A DNA stretch of 64,000 nucleotides from Octopus vulgaris (lineage: Eukaryota): contig OX597825.1 in NCBI GenBank assembly GCA_951406725.2, positions 61,938,001 through 62,002,000 on the forward strand. The letters are read 5' to 3'. Below the pieces are notes generated by a model. It was not told the origin of the DNA. It did no database searches and saw only the letters and a list, made by a program, of their open reading frames with translations. The position numbers and the translations under genes were made by a program. Each line of letters opens with the position of its first letter. Positions within the stretch are counted from its first letter, which is position 1. Positions 37,837-50,463 of this stretch are shown here, in pieces.

Positions 37837-39149
37837 GACAGACTGAGCATAGTGATTTGTGCAAAGCCTGGGTTTTCAAACCAAAATATGTGATAAGAGT
37901 AGGATAGAACTATTTAGTTGGTAGTACATGAATGGAGGTAACAGAACCAACTAGTTACAAGGATTGTGTGAATGCGTGACATATGTGCAAGTTTATAAAC
38001 CTTACTTCATAAATATTACAAAAGGCCAACTATTATAATCAACTAAACTTTGGCCACGACTGTCACTTGTTTTGGTCAGACCAAACCAAATTACCAAAAT
38101 GTGCTACAATTGCATTTTGATAGCATATAATGAGTTTATGCATTACCCTTTCACGTGTGTCATATGAAAAGTAATTTCTCAAGCTATTATTATTCACTGT
38201 TTCTCTTCATTATTCACCTTATTTGGCATTTCAAGTGTTGCTCATAGTAACAATATCACTCAATATGACAGCACTGAATTTTGCTAACATTCGTGTAGAT
38301 GGAATGTCCATAAGAATTTAATGATTCTCTACCATCGACAAATGAATGGTCAAAACGAATGCAACAGTGGAGTAATAAGAAAATTGAGTCAGTTACATTT
38401 CAAACAAACAAAATGATAAAACAATCGGGTTAAGCTTTCCCACTGGCTTTGCTATCCTGAATATTAGATAATTGCTTTCTGGAGATTTAAATATAGCCAT
38501 CTTGTAGTATAATCTAACTTTTCACATCATTCAACACTGCAAAGACCAAAGGGTTTTATCCTTAATTCTCTGGCGTTAACACAATTATTTCCTGCTTGGC
38601 TTTCTCCTGTAAAATATGTGAACCATAAAAAAAAATAGGGTGACATATATGGCTATCAAAAAGCAAAAGGGATCCATAAAATGTAGTTGTTAGGGAAAAA
38701 CGCTCTAACTATTACATCTTGTTTCAATTTGCTGAAATAGGATGGGTGACATGATTCAGTTGCAATGAGCCATTTGTCTCAAGCTTCCGAATCTATGATT
38801 TACGATAACTGCAATGAAAATTGTAAACCTTTGATCAGGCCATGCTTTCTCTGAAGCAAACACAACAACTTGAACAACAGCAACAACAACAATAATAATG
38901 ATATGATAGTGGAAGTAATACATGAAGACATACCAAATTGTTAACGTTATCACATTTGTAACAAACGATTCTAACAGGCCAAAAGCAACAAGAAGATTGC
39001 CTGCCTAATTGAATCCCTGTCCTAAAGGTAAATGATGGCTCCTTTTCAACACACAGCTGTAAACATGTTATAAGCAATGATCACATTGACTATGTTGTTT
39101 GCTTGCAATCCACTGAAAAAGCATATCTGAACTTCCTGGGATGTTTTAG

Positions 39150-39410
39150 CGTGTTATGCAGTTTTGGAAATGAAAACCTCATTCATGCAATATCAGCGGT
39201 TCCCAGTTATATGTGTACACGTGTCCAAAATGTTTAATGTTCAATAAACTGGAAAATAATCATTTCACTTGGAAATAGAAGAAGGTTGGTATTGGGAAAG
39301 GCTTTTGGCCGTAGAAAACTCTACCCCAACATACTTTGGCTACGACTGTCACTTGTTTTGGATCAGAACCCTGAATTCATGGAAAAGTAGAAATTAACAC
39401 AATGATGCTA
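39150..39410 (+). mobile_element. Old SINE-D-related 3' region (homologues at ~47590-47750 and ~59040-59390)
   Basis: tcacttggaaa...ggttggtattgggaaaggc...ggccgtagaaaa...catggaaaagtaga...atgatg. Confidence 0.55.
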
Positions 39411-39909
39411 CAGCTGCTGCTGCTACTGCTGCTGAAGATGATGTGAAGAATGAGGAGGAGGAGGAGGATTACCAATTATATTCTGCTACATTCCTGAGCT
39501 AACCAAAGCTTTGTGAATGGATTTTGAGACAGAAACTGAAAGAAGCCCATGTATACCTACCTACAAACATGCATACATACATCTGTATAAACATACCCAC
39601 CTGTCTGCCTACCTGCCTGCCTACCTACCTACCTACCCACCTACCTACCTACCTACCTACCTACCTACATATGGCTAATCTTATGTTCTTGAAGAGAGAC
39701 CACAAATCCTTAATTCATATACTACAAATAATCATGATGTTTGGGGCTATGAATATCAGCAAGACTTTCTTATGGTTTAAAGGATGATGGTTACAAGATG
39801 CTTTCATTTACAACCTTGCTGCCAAATAGGTGGCAAGTCAAAATTTATTCTAAATTAAAAAGAAGATAACATACATACATACATACATACATAAATACAT
39901 GCATGCATG

Positions 39910-39955
<46 letters not shown>

Positions 39956-39987
39956 TGCATACATACATACATACATACATACATACA

Positions 39988-40286
39988 TTATGGCTGCCCC
40001 CTCATTATCGAGTATGGCCAGTGCACGAAGCTTAACTGTTACTGGTGCTGTGATCGAATGTGACTTTTTAGCCCAGCTAAAGATCTACAATGTCTTGTAC
40101 AAAATTGACAACTAAAACCTTTACTGGTAATAGCCGGCTGTAGTTGTAACTGGGCTTCATGTACCTTTGCATGTCGTTTAAGTCCTCCTGCCGAATTACA
40201 CTCTCTTCCACATGCCCGACAGATATGATTAGTATGGTGTGTTACACCACCACCAGTGACCAGGTTGTCACTCATCTGTCTCGAGA
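39988..40286 (-). mobile_element. RTE/BovB-type LINE 3' end encoding two C-terminal C2H2-like fingers
   Basis: CRACGRECNSAGGLKRHAKVH and CQFCTRHCRSLAGLKSHIRSQH then stop, short 3' UTR and (ATGT)n tail; CxxCxRxCxSxxGLxSHxR is the RTE ORF terminus. Confidence 0.8.
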
Positions 40287-41074
40287 CATACATACATACA
40301 CACACACATGTATGTATACATGTGCACCAACAGATGGGAGTAAAAGACACCAATTCAAAGGATAATACTGAACCAAAATGGATTACCTGCCTTCAAAATA
40401 ACATAATAGACTAAAAGAAAATTAGGACAGTTGGACACTATCATCCAATGCAAAGCTAAAAATGTGTTCACAAATCACCAAATGCAACTGCATGATACAT
40501 TCTCCAAATTCTGCGGGAACTGCTTTTAAGAAAACATTCACAGATAAACAGATTATCCTCAAACACTATCTATGAGTGAAAAACTTCATTATTGTAAAAA
40601 ATTACACAAATAAAAAATGATTAATCAAAAGTTCACTCAAAACCCACAAACTCTATGTCACTGTATGAAAGTTGATACCACCAAGATAGTAAATGCTCTT
40701 CCCCAGGAAGGCATAGAATAATCCTGGTGGGTAATCTGGAATGTGAACAAAGAACACAGTCATGAACTACGAAGTGAGTACAGTGTAAATGACTCTTTCA
40801 AACATAACATCACCAGTGAAACACCGCTGACAGTTAATAGTTATGAAACTGCTAAATGGAAACTCACCCAAGAGAGGCCGAGAGAGTCTGCTGCCCTAAC
40901 CACTGGGCCATTGCACCTCCTCAGTATGTATGTATATATATGTATACATACATTTCTGCCTACATACATAGATATATGGCTATAGTAGAAGATACTCAAT
41001 TTGTCATGTCCGGTTTAGGAGCAGATTTCTTAACTATACACCCATACCCACAACTCTAGTAGATTTTGCCTTTT

Positions 41075-41291
41075 ACTAGCTTCAATCAAAAGACTGTGGC
41101 CATGCTGGGGCACTATCTTGAAGAATATTTTAGTCGAATGAGTTGACAACCATAATTTTTTTTTTTTTTGTTAAACCTGGTACTTATTCTATTAATCTCT
41201 TTTGCTGAACTGCTAAGTTACAGAGACACAAACACACCAACAGCAGTTGTCAAGACAACGAAACACGCACATAGCTATGTGTGTGTGCATG

Positions 41292-41324
<33 letters not shown>

Positions 41325-41482
41325 ACGGTGGACCTCTTTCAGTTTCCATCCACCAAATCCACTCACAAGGCTTTGGTCGGCCCAAGGCTATTATAGAAGA
41401 CATGTGCCCAACTTGCCACATGGTGAGACTGAGCCTAGGACCATATGGTTGGGAAGTAAACTTCTTACCACACAGCCACTCA
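41075..41482 (-). mobile_element. SINE-A, diverged
   Basis: gactgtggccatgctggggcac...caaatccactcacaaggctttggtcggccc...ttaccacacagccactc. Confidence 0.85.
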
Positions 41483-42444
41483 TACACTAATAAAATATTT
41501 TAAAATTTCTCATCTCTACAAAGGAGAATGAATATAAAACAAATTACAGTCTTATATGTAATTATACAATGCTTCTTATCATTGTTATTACCAATTCTAT
41601 CATGTTAGAATAGATTGTGTAGGCTGTGGATACTCTTCCAAATACTCCATCTTTAATCTTTTTTTAGATTTCATTGGAATATTTTATCTAATTCCATCCA
41701 TATTTAGATAACATCCTCTTATTTACATCAGCAGAAGAAGAAATAAAACATCAGCAAAGAAGACTTAGTTAAAGTCTGGAATTGTTTGGTACTCAAACCA
41801 TATGCTTGGAATGTGAACTTCTTAACCTCACAGCCTATAAGGGAATGCTTAAAACGAAATGTTAACAATTTAAAAACGATAGATTTTATATCAGATATGT
41901 TGTATATTTTAGTTGTTTATTGCTAAATTTGGTAGTAGATTGCAAATATTATAAGCTATCTTTGGCTGTTGTGTAATGTGTGACAGTACAGCTAATGTTA
42001 TACATGGTGTGTACATTGTGAAGCTACAGCATAAATATATCTGACTGCAGTTGCAGGGCCACAACAATATGGATGTCTGGATGCTGCTATGAGACTAACA
42101 CATGGATGTTGTTATGAAGTTATGAAAGATATGTTACTGACGTGGGTTTGTGCACTTCTATGTTCAGAAACAAGATGTTTTGCATAGTTCACTTTGCAAC
42201 CATGTGATTTTGAGGTTTTATATCCCTGTGTGACAACTCTGGCAAATGTCTTCTGTTACAGAATCAGGATGACCAATGCCTTATGAGTGAAGTCTGGGAG
42301 AGGAAACTGTACTGAAGCTTTTTATATGTACATGTACATGAATGCTTTTTTGTTTTCACATTGTCACTGTTTCAGAAAAATGCTCCCTTAAACAATTTTT
42401 TCTGTAGGATGGTAAATTTAGTATGTGTAAGAACCAGTGGAATA

Positions 42445-42997
42445 CTGGCACTCGGTTCCAGTTGGTCTGATCAATGGAACAGCCTGCTCATGAAATTAAC
42501 ATGCATGTGGCTGAGTACTCCACAGATTTGCAAATCCGAGTACTCAAGCTTGCAGAAACGTTAGCATGCTGGGTGAAATGCTTAGCGGTATTTCATCTGC
42601 TGTTATGTTCTGAGTCAAAATTTCGCCGATGTCAGCTTTGCTTTTCATCCTTTCAAAGTCGATAAATTAAGTACCAGTTATGCACTGGGGTCGATGTAAT
42701 CAACTTAATTCGTTTGTCTGTCCTTGTGTGTCCCCTCTATGTTTAGCCCCTTGTGGACAATAACAAAATAAGATTTGCAAATCCTTAGTGTAGTTTACAA
42801 GGATATTCACCATGACACAGGGTATGACATGGCTGGCTCTTCGAAAAACAGGTACTACTCAGTTTTGCCAGCTAAGTGGACTGGAGCAACAAGAAATAAA
42901 GTGTCTTGTTTAAGGACACAATGTGTGGCCAGGAATTGGACTCACGACCTTACGATCATGAACCAAATACCCTAACCACTTGGCCATGCTGCTTCAC
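42445..42997 (-). mobile_element. SINE-C-related (Meta-domain-like) element, split by SINE-B
   Basis: ccctaaccacttggccatgc head; gccagctaagtggactggagcaac...aagtgtcttg core shared with 46404-46900. Confidence 0.7.
42538..42770 (+). mobile_element. SINE-B with 14-bp TSD
   Basis: TSD agatttgcaaatcc at 42524-42537 and 42771-42784. Confidence 0.9.
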
Positions 42998-43047
42998 CCA
43001 GGGGAATAGAAATGTATTGACAACAGGATGGGCATCTGGCTGTAGAC

Positions 43048-45030
43048 CAGTGGTTCTCAAAAGGTGCACCCGGGCACACTGGTGCACCCCAGAAAATGTC
43101 TAGGAGCACCCTGAGATTTTCCAAAGACGTGCATTCAGATATGAAGAAGTAAATACATAGCAATTTTCTTATATTATACAATCACCTTACGGATACATCG
43201 GTATTTCCGTCAATACAAAATTATAACAACAGCACTCTTCTTTGCAATGAACAGCTGGCTTCAGGCCTGCAAGCAAGTTTGAAATGCATTGCAAACACAT
43301 TTTGAATGAGATTTGAATGACTCTGCAACAGCCATGCGTGTGGCAGTGTGGCACTTGCAGGTGGTGGTAGCAGACGTGGTGTTTTTACTATGTTAAACAG
43401 GCATTCAGAGTGGAAGTGTTATTATTTTTCACATGCAAAAACGTACACCCATACAAAATGGATAGGTATTTTATTAAAATTTGATGAATGTGAATCTGGA
43501 AGTGGGCAAAACTTAAGTGAAGCAAGTAGTTCAAATAAGAAACTGAAACTGCAGCCTACTCGCGAGTACGATGTAAGTTATTTAAACTTCGGTTTCACAT
43601 GGACTGGAAATGAAGACCATCCTTTGTCACTATGTTTAGTAAGTGGAAATAAGATGTCAAATGAATCATTGCTTCCTAGTAAACTGAGTAAACTTTTAAA
43701 AACTAAACATCCTCATTTACAAGATAAATCTACAAATAATTTCAAGAGATTGTCTGAACAGCAAACTAAAGCAGAAAATTCTTTCATAAATAAAATGACT
43801 GTCTCTGAGAAAGCTCAAATCACTTTCTACCAAATCACAGAACTGATAGCACAAAATACGAAAGCTCATACTATAGTCGAGTCACTCATTTTGCCTGTAA
43901 GATTCCACTGTCCAACAATACCATTCACAGGCGCATTTTAGAAATGTCTTCTGATATCGAGAAAAATGTATGTACTAATGAATTTAAGTATTCACCTTTT
44001 GCATTGCAAATTGATAAGTCAACAGACATCAACAATAAGGTGCAACTCTTAGCATTCATTCATTTTTTTTATGAAGATCAAATAGTAAATCAGTTTCTTT
44101 TTTGCAAAGAATTAAGTGTCACTACAAAAGGAGAGGATGTTTGCAACATTTTGAATACATACTTCGATAACTTGCAGTTATCATGGAAATTATGGGTGGG
44201 TATTTGTACAGATGGAGACCCCTTCCATGGTAGGCTGTGTTAAGGGTCTCACAGCTTTTGTAAAATGACAAAATGAGAATTTTATCATTACTGCTTTCTT
44301 CATAGAGAAGCCTTGATGGCAAAAACATTAGGAGAGGAACTAAAAGATGTTTTAGATCAAGTTGTTCAGATGGTAAACTTTATTAAAACAACACCTGTCA
44401 AATCTTGTATATTTGAAGAGTTTTGTACCGATATGGATTCTCAACTCAAACGGTTGCTTTTACATACCAAAGTAAGGTGGCTGTCAAGAGGAAAAGTGCT
44501 TACCCATGTACATGAGTTTTGACACAAACTTCTTGCTTTCTTTGAAGAAATGAAGAAATGAAACAGTCTAATTTTTGTGACCTTCTTTGTTCTGAATTTT
44601 GGACTGCCAGGTTACAGTATTTGGCCGATATATTTCAGCAGCTCAGTATTTTAAATACTAGCATGCAAGGGAAAGAAGAAAACATTTTAATGTCCACTGA
44701 CAAAATGAAAGCTTTCCAAAGAAGACATAAGATTTGGAAATGAAAGGCTATCAAAGGGTATTTGAAAATGTTTCCTTTGTTAAGTCAAAGTGAAACAGGC
44801 ATATAAATGAAACACTCCTGTTGATAGTTGAGCATTTAGCAAGTTTTAGATGAAAAATTGAGTTTGTATTTCCCATCACTGAAAACTGAACAATATGACT
44901 GGATCAGAAACCCATTCGTGGAAACCTCCAATGTTTTCGAATTAACATTGATAGAAGAAGAGGAACTTGCTGCTAAATCTACTGACCGTGGGTTAATGAT
45001 GAAACATAAGGATTTGTCACTGGAAGCTTA
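43048..45030 (+). mobile_element. hAT DNA transposon (Buster/Charlie/SPIN group), 3'-truncated
   Basis: Left TIR cagtggttctcaa at 43048 preceded by ctgTAgac; transposase remnants follow; no right TIR seen. Confidence 0.9.
43458..45030 (+). pseudogene. Frameshifted Buster-type hAT transposase (ZBED5/SCAND3/ZBED8-like family)
   Basis: BED-region REYDVSYLNFGF...CLV...PSKL..LKTKH; FALQIDKSTD; GICTDG; LLLHTKVRWLSRGKVL; YLADIF; WIRNPF, spread over five broken ORFs; C-terminal catalytic E/dimerisation region missing. Confidence 0.92.
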
Positions 45031-45057
45031 CAATACAGGCTTATATATGTATGTCTG

Positions 45058-45100
<43 letters not shown>

Positions 45101-45232
45101 TCATGTTGCATGCACCATCTTATATATATGTATGTCTGTGTGTACATATATATATATATATATATACACTCACACACACATACACACATATTTGTTTGTT
45201 TTGGAGTATACATGTGTGTGTGTGCGGGTATT

Positions 45233-45581
45233 CATTTACTTGTTTCAGTCAATTGACTGTGGCCATGCTGGGGCACCACCTTTAGTTGAGCAAATTGAGC
45301 CCAGGACTTATACTTTGTAAGCCTAGTACTTATTCTATCGGTCTCTCTTGCCAAACTGCTAAGTGACGGGAATGTAAATACACCGGCATCGGTTGTCAAG
45401 CGATGTTGGGGGGACAAACACAGACACAAACATACACACATATATATATGATGGGCTTCTTTCAGTTTCCATCTACCAAATCCACTCACAAGGCTTTGCC
45501 CAAGATGCCACTCAGTGGGACTGGACCCGGAACCATGTGGTTGATAAACAAAGCTACTTACCACACAGCCACTCCTGTGCC
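45233..45581 (-). mobile_element. SINE-A
   Basis: tttacttgtttcagtcaattgactgtggccatgctgggg...ccacacagccactcctgtgcc. Confidence 0.9.
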
Positions 45582-46295
45582 TATTGTATGTAAGGATTTA
45601 TTTACATCTATGTATATAAAGGAGAATGAGAGAGGAGTAAAGGAGTAAAATAAAGATAGAGTGTGTGTATGTGGAAGATGGTGCATGCAACATGAGTGCA
45701 GTGAAAACATTTGTTGAAGTTTTCACTAATTGAATTCAGAATAATACAATACTAAATATTTATTAAATATTATATTTTTGGATTATTTAAAGCAACAGTA
45801 AATGAAGAAAGGTACAAGAAGTTTCTCAATAATTCAAGTAATTCTGTGGGATCTAAAAAAAAATATTTTATAGGAAAATATTCATTAACACTATATTATA
45901 GACATGCCATTTCCTGGCTGAAAGAATTCTTCATGTAAATATTATATATTTTCATATCACAAGGAAACACTGATTTTGGTTACTCTCATTATAGTTCTAA
46001 AATTAATCAATTTCTGTTATCCAAACTAAACTATTCACTAAAATTAAAGTTAGATTAGATTTTGTTTCTCACGCTAGTATGGGTGGTTTATTCCTGAATA
46101 TTTTGAACATTTTGTTTTATGTTTTACAGATTCTGTTTATTAAAGATGGAAATTGGAATGGTTTTGATAACAAAAAAAAAAAAGGTGTAAAAAAAATAAA
46201 TAACAGCAATTGTTAAATTATTGTTAATATATTTAATGCTTCAGAGCATTAGAAATTTAACTGGAAATAATTAGTTGGTGAGGAAATAATTAAAG

Positions 46296-46990
46296 GTACA
46301 GGCATGATTGTGTAGTTAGAAATTTGCTTCTCAACAATATGGTTCTGGGTTCAGTCCCACTGCATGTTAACATCAGCAAAAATCTTCTGCTATAGCCACA
46401 GCTGTGGAGGCACATGGCTTAGTGATTAGGGTGTCAGCATCATGATTGTAAGATTGTGGTTTCGATTCCTGAACCGGGGGATGCATTGTGTTCTTGAGCA
46501 AAACACTTCATTTCACATTGCTCCAGTCAACTCAGCTGGCAAAAATGAGTAATGCTGCGATGGACAGGCATCCCATCCAGCTGGGGAACATATACGCCAT
46601 AGAAACTGGGAAACCGGGCCTATGAGCCTGGCTAGGGTGCAAGTGGAGCCACGTGGCTTAGTGGTTAGGGTGTCAGTGTCATGATCGTAAGATTAAGGTT
46701 TCAATACCTGGACCAGGCAAAGCGTTGTGTTCTTGAGCAAAACACTTCATTTCACATTGCTCCAGTCCACTCAGCTGGCAAAAATGAGTCACGCTGTGAT
46801 GGACTGGCGTCCTGTCCAGCTGGGGAACACATACACCATTGAAACCGGGAAACCGGGTCCATGAGCCTGGCTAGACTTTAATAGGGCACATTTATTTTAT
46901 TATAGCCACAGCTACTCATGTGAGCAAATTTGGTAGATGGAAACTGAAAAGCACATTATATATATACACACATACATAAATACATACATA
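46296..46990 (+). mobile_element. Old SINE-A split by a SINE dimer
   Basis: Head ggttctgggttcagtcccactgc at ~46340; continues tttggtagatggaaactgaa at ~46930. Confidence 0.7.
46404..46900 (+). mobile_element. Head-to-tail dimer of SINE-C-related tRNA SINEs within one 13-bp TSD
   Basis: Two ~235-bp monomers (46404-~46637, ~46643-46900); TSD tatagccacagct at 46391-46403 and 46901-46913. Confidence 0.85.
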
Positions 46991-47763
46991 CTTACATGTG
47001 CTTGTGTATTTGTGTCTCTTTGTCTTGATCTTGTGTGATAGTTGTAAAGAGTTGTAGCATTAGATTTAATCCCATATTTTGTCACGTAGAAATCACAATT
47101 TGCTCATGTATGCAAACCTGATTGTTATCCAATGAATGGCAGTTTTTCGCATATTTGTTCAGTGGCTTCTCTAGACTTTTCATTAACACAGCCTAAAAAA
47201 TACAGTAAGATTTAAGTCCAATTTTGCAGAGTGTTGTAAATGTCAGAGTTGCCTTGACGTTTTCCATTCTCATCATATTCAGAGTGTCTCAAATCGAGTT
47301 GGTACTCACACTTCTGATAGTTGTTTCTACAGCTGCATGCTCAACCTGGAATGATCAAAGAAGATACACTGCGGCACATGAATATGTATTTGATATGTAA
47401 AAATTAGCCCAAATGTAGAGTTTCTAATGAAGACTTTGTGCATGCCATATTACGTTGCTTCATCTGATTGTTTCTGTTAAATGTGTTGCATTAATGCATG
47501 AACTCCTTTCCTAATTATATAACAAACAAAGTATGTTCCAACACATAAAAAACCACATTTGTTACAGGGGTGCTACTGTCATACAAGGAGTGTCATTCAT
47601 TCAAATATTTTGTGAGAACATGTTTGGCCATAGGGAATTATTACTTTGCTTGAAAACAGGCGAGGATTGATGCAAAGGAAAACCGATATCAATAAGCACC
47701 ATCTGACCCATATGAGCATGGAAAAGTGGTTATCAAAGATGGTGGTGGTGGTTGTTGTTTTTA

Positions 47764-48183
47764 AGAGGAAGTGTAGGGGGAGGAAGAAGAAGAAAGAGGA
47801 GGGGAAGAGGAAGGAGAAGGAAGAGGGAGGGGAAGGAGAGAGGAAGAGAGGAAGAAGGGGAAGAAGAAGAAGAAGAGGAGGGAGAAGAAGGAAAGGAGGG
47901 CAAGGGAAGGAAAGGTAGGGAAAGAAAAAAGAAGGGGAAATAAGAAGAGGAGGTGGGGAAGAGGAGGAGAAGAAGAAGAGAAGAGAAGGTGGGGAGAAGA
48001 AGAAGAAGTGAAGGGGAAGCAGAGGAGATGGAGTTGGTTGAGGAGAAAGAAGAGGGGATGAAGGAGAGGAGGAGAAAGAGGAGGGAAGGAAGAAAGGAGA
48101 GGAGGAGGAGAGGGAAGAAAATGAAGAGAAGGAGAGAGAAGAAGAGGAGGAGCAAAGGAGGAAGAAGTAGAAGAAGAAGAGGA
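47764..48183. repeat. ~420-bp polypurine (GA-rich) tract
   Basis: Almost only G/A on the plus strand. Confidence 0.95.
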
Positions 48184-48736
48184 ATATACTATATAGATCA
48201 TTGATTTATATTGTTTGAATTATTTCTCAAAAGGTACAAGGCAGCAAACAGGTTGACTCATTAGAGAATCAGAAAAAATGCCTTGCAATATTTCTTGAAA
48301 CACACGACATTTTGAGTTCAATTCCTACTAGTAACAACTTTGTTTGCTGTCTCTCCAGGGCAGATAAAACAAGGCACCAGTCAAATGTTGTAGTCACTGG
48401 TATCAACTATAATTGCTTACACTCAAAACTGTTAATTTTGGGCATACATCAGAAACATTTACATCTCAATAGGTATAAGAGAGAACTCTGGGCATGTTTT
48501 ATAGCTCAAGACTTCATCAATATAATCTTGACTACGTCGTATTTGCTAGATTCCTCATGAGAAAAGTTTTAAGAAAATGCAGAAGACTTTGCACTGATTG
48601 TTGTAAGAAAGAAATAATTGCTTATAGCATAATTTAATATACTGAATGGTTCATTATCTGCTGTCTGAGATTGCCCTTTGTTCTATAATACAAACTTACT
48701 ATTTTGAAGTTACTTACATTAAAACTTTCCATTAAA

Positions 48737-48869
48737 AGGAGTGGCTGTGTGGTAAGTAGCTTGCTTATGAACCACATGGTTCTGGGTTCAGCCCCACTCC
48801 GTGGCACCTTGGGTAATTGTTTTGTACTATAGTCTTGGGCCGACCAAACCCTTGTGAGTGGATTTGGCA

Positions 48870-48901
<32 letters not shown>

Positions 48902-48995
48902 GTATGCATGTGTGTGTATATGTTTGTGTGCCTGTGTCTATCCCCCAAATATCATTTGACTACTGATGCTGGTGTGGTTACGTTCACGTAACTTA
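48737..48995 (+). mobile_element. SINE-A, 3'-truncated
   Basis: aggagtggctgtgtggtaagtagcttgctt...gatgctggtgtggttacg. Confidence 0.85.
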
Positions 48996-49641
48996 AACAT
49001 AGAACTGTAGCAGCCAACTTTCTCTCTAGTCATGCATTTTACAGTCTTAAGAAAGTAAAGGGACAACGTAGTTCTAGAAATATATTTAAAAAACATGATT
49101 CAGGCATGGAATGTCCCTGATCATAGATGTGTTTAATTACAACAATAACAACAACAACAACAATAATATATTGCTTGTCTTGGGAGAGTTTCATAGTTCC
49201 ACAGAAGATTTGCTTGAAAATTGACCCTCTGCTCTTCAAATGTATAACTTGTGAGATGACTATGACTCCATTTTATACAACTTTGGAGCAGTTCTATAGT
49301 CTGACATACCCAATAAGTGCAGTTTCTTTCATGTAGTCATTGAGTTATAAACTCTGACATTGTAACAGGGTCTGACAAATATATTAAGTTAAAAATTGTT
49401 CTGTTATTTCATGACAATTATTAATTGGCTTATTCTCTGTAATAAGAAACTATGATTATTTCAGTCAGTTTAATTTCTCACACATAATTTGATTAGAATG
49501 TAAACAAACAATGATATCATCATCATCATCATTCTTATTTCTGTTTCTTGTTATGATACAGTAATTCTAATTGGAAAGAAAATTTAAATTGTGTGGGCAC
49601 CAAATGTAACCAGACAAAATGAAATTAAAGCTTACAGTTCT

Positions 49642-49797
49642 ATATTTAAGAAATGAGGAATTATGTACATTATTTATATTATTTACATTAGTTACATTAT
49701 TTACATTCAACAGATATTTGTCCTCATCTTGTTTGTTGTTAATACGTTTTGGCTGATATACCCTCCAGCCTTTTTCAGGTGTCTTGGGGAAATTTCA
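49642..49797 (-). mobile_element. SINE-E 3' part with decayed hammerhead
   Basis: Homologous to 15870-16005; gacac CTGAAAA a ggctg gagggtatat cagcc AAAA cgta. Confidence 0.7.
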
Positions 49798-50463
49798 AAA
49801 AGTTTACATTTCATCCTTCCAATGCTGCTGAAAAGCATAAATCAAGAGCAACTGTAAGAATGTTAGACTTAGATTCCTTGTGATATATGTTCCAGCTCGT
49901 GTCATTCTTGGTTCAAACCTTATCAAGGTCAACTTCAACCTTTATTTGCTTTTCATTCTTTTGTGTTTGACAAAAAGCTACCTATCTGATTGTTGGAATT
50001 GTAAGAACTTAGGAGTTGACAAAAACGAACCTAACTAAGGTGGCTGTCTGGTAGAACTAAAGAACATTGGGCTACACTGCCTTATGATATTTGTTCAGGT
50101 TTTAGTGTTCTGAATTCAAATCTTAAGATGGTCTATCTGGGTGACAGATGTCATTCATTACTCAGTTTAAGATTTCAAATTATCATATGGCATCTTGGGT
50201 GCCGTTAACAGCATCCACCCTGTTGCAAGTTTTCAGACCAGGATTTTGATTTAATAATATTTTCTTCCCTCTCACCAGTCTCCAAAGCTTTGTCATCTCA
50301 CCCAGTAAAAATGTAAGAAAATTTACAGGTCCAATAGCTCACAAATACACAATACAATTCTGAAAATACCTACAATGTTAATAAAAAAACTAATTAAATA
50401 TATTTCATTTTTGGATTTGGTTTGCAAGATTCTTTATATAAGGTTGTGTGTTGAAGCATATTC

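Noticed and set aside
38288-38348. Pre-miRNA-like hairpin cattcgtgtagatgg...ccatcgacaaatgaatg
   Set aside because: Large asymmetric internal loop and too few contiguous pairs; plausible by chance
40039-40353. Host C2H2 zinc-finger gene exon
   Set aside because: No TGEKP linkers; the motif, short 3' UTR and microsatellite tail fit an RTE LINE end; the ORF start lies in microsatellite
43348-45030. Domesticated ZBED5/SCAND3-like host gene
   Set aside because: Multiple stops and frameshifts, TIR present, C-terminus missing: a dead transposon
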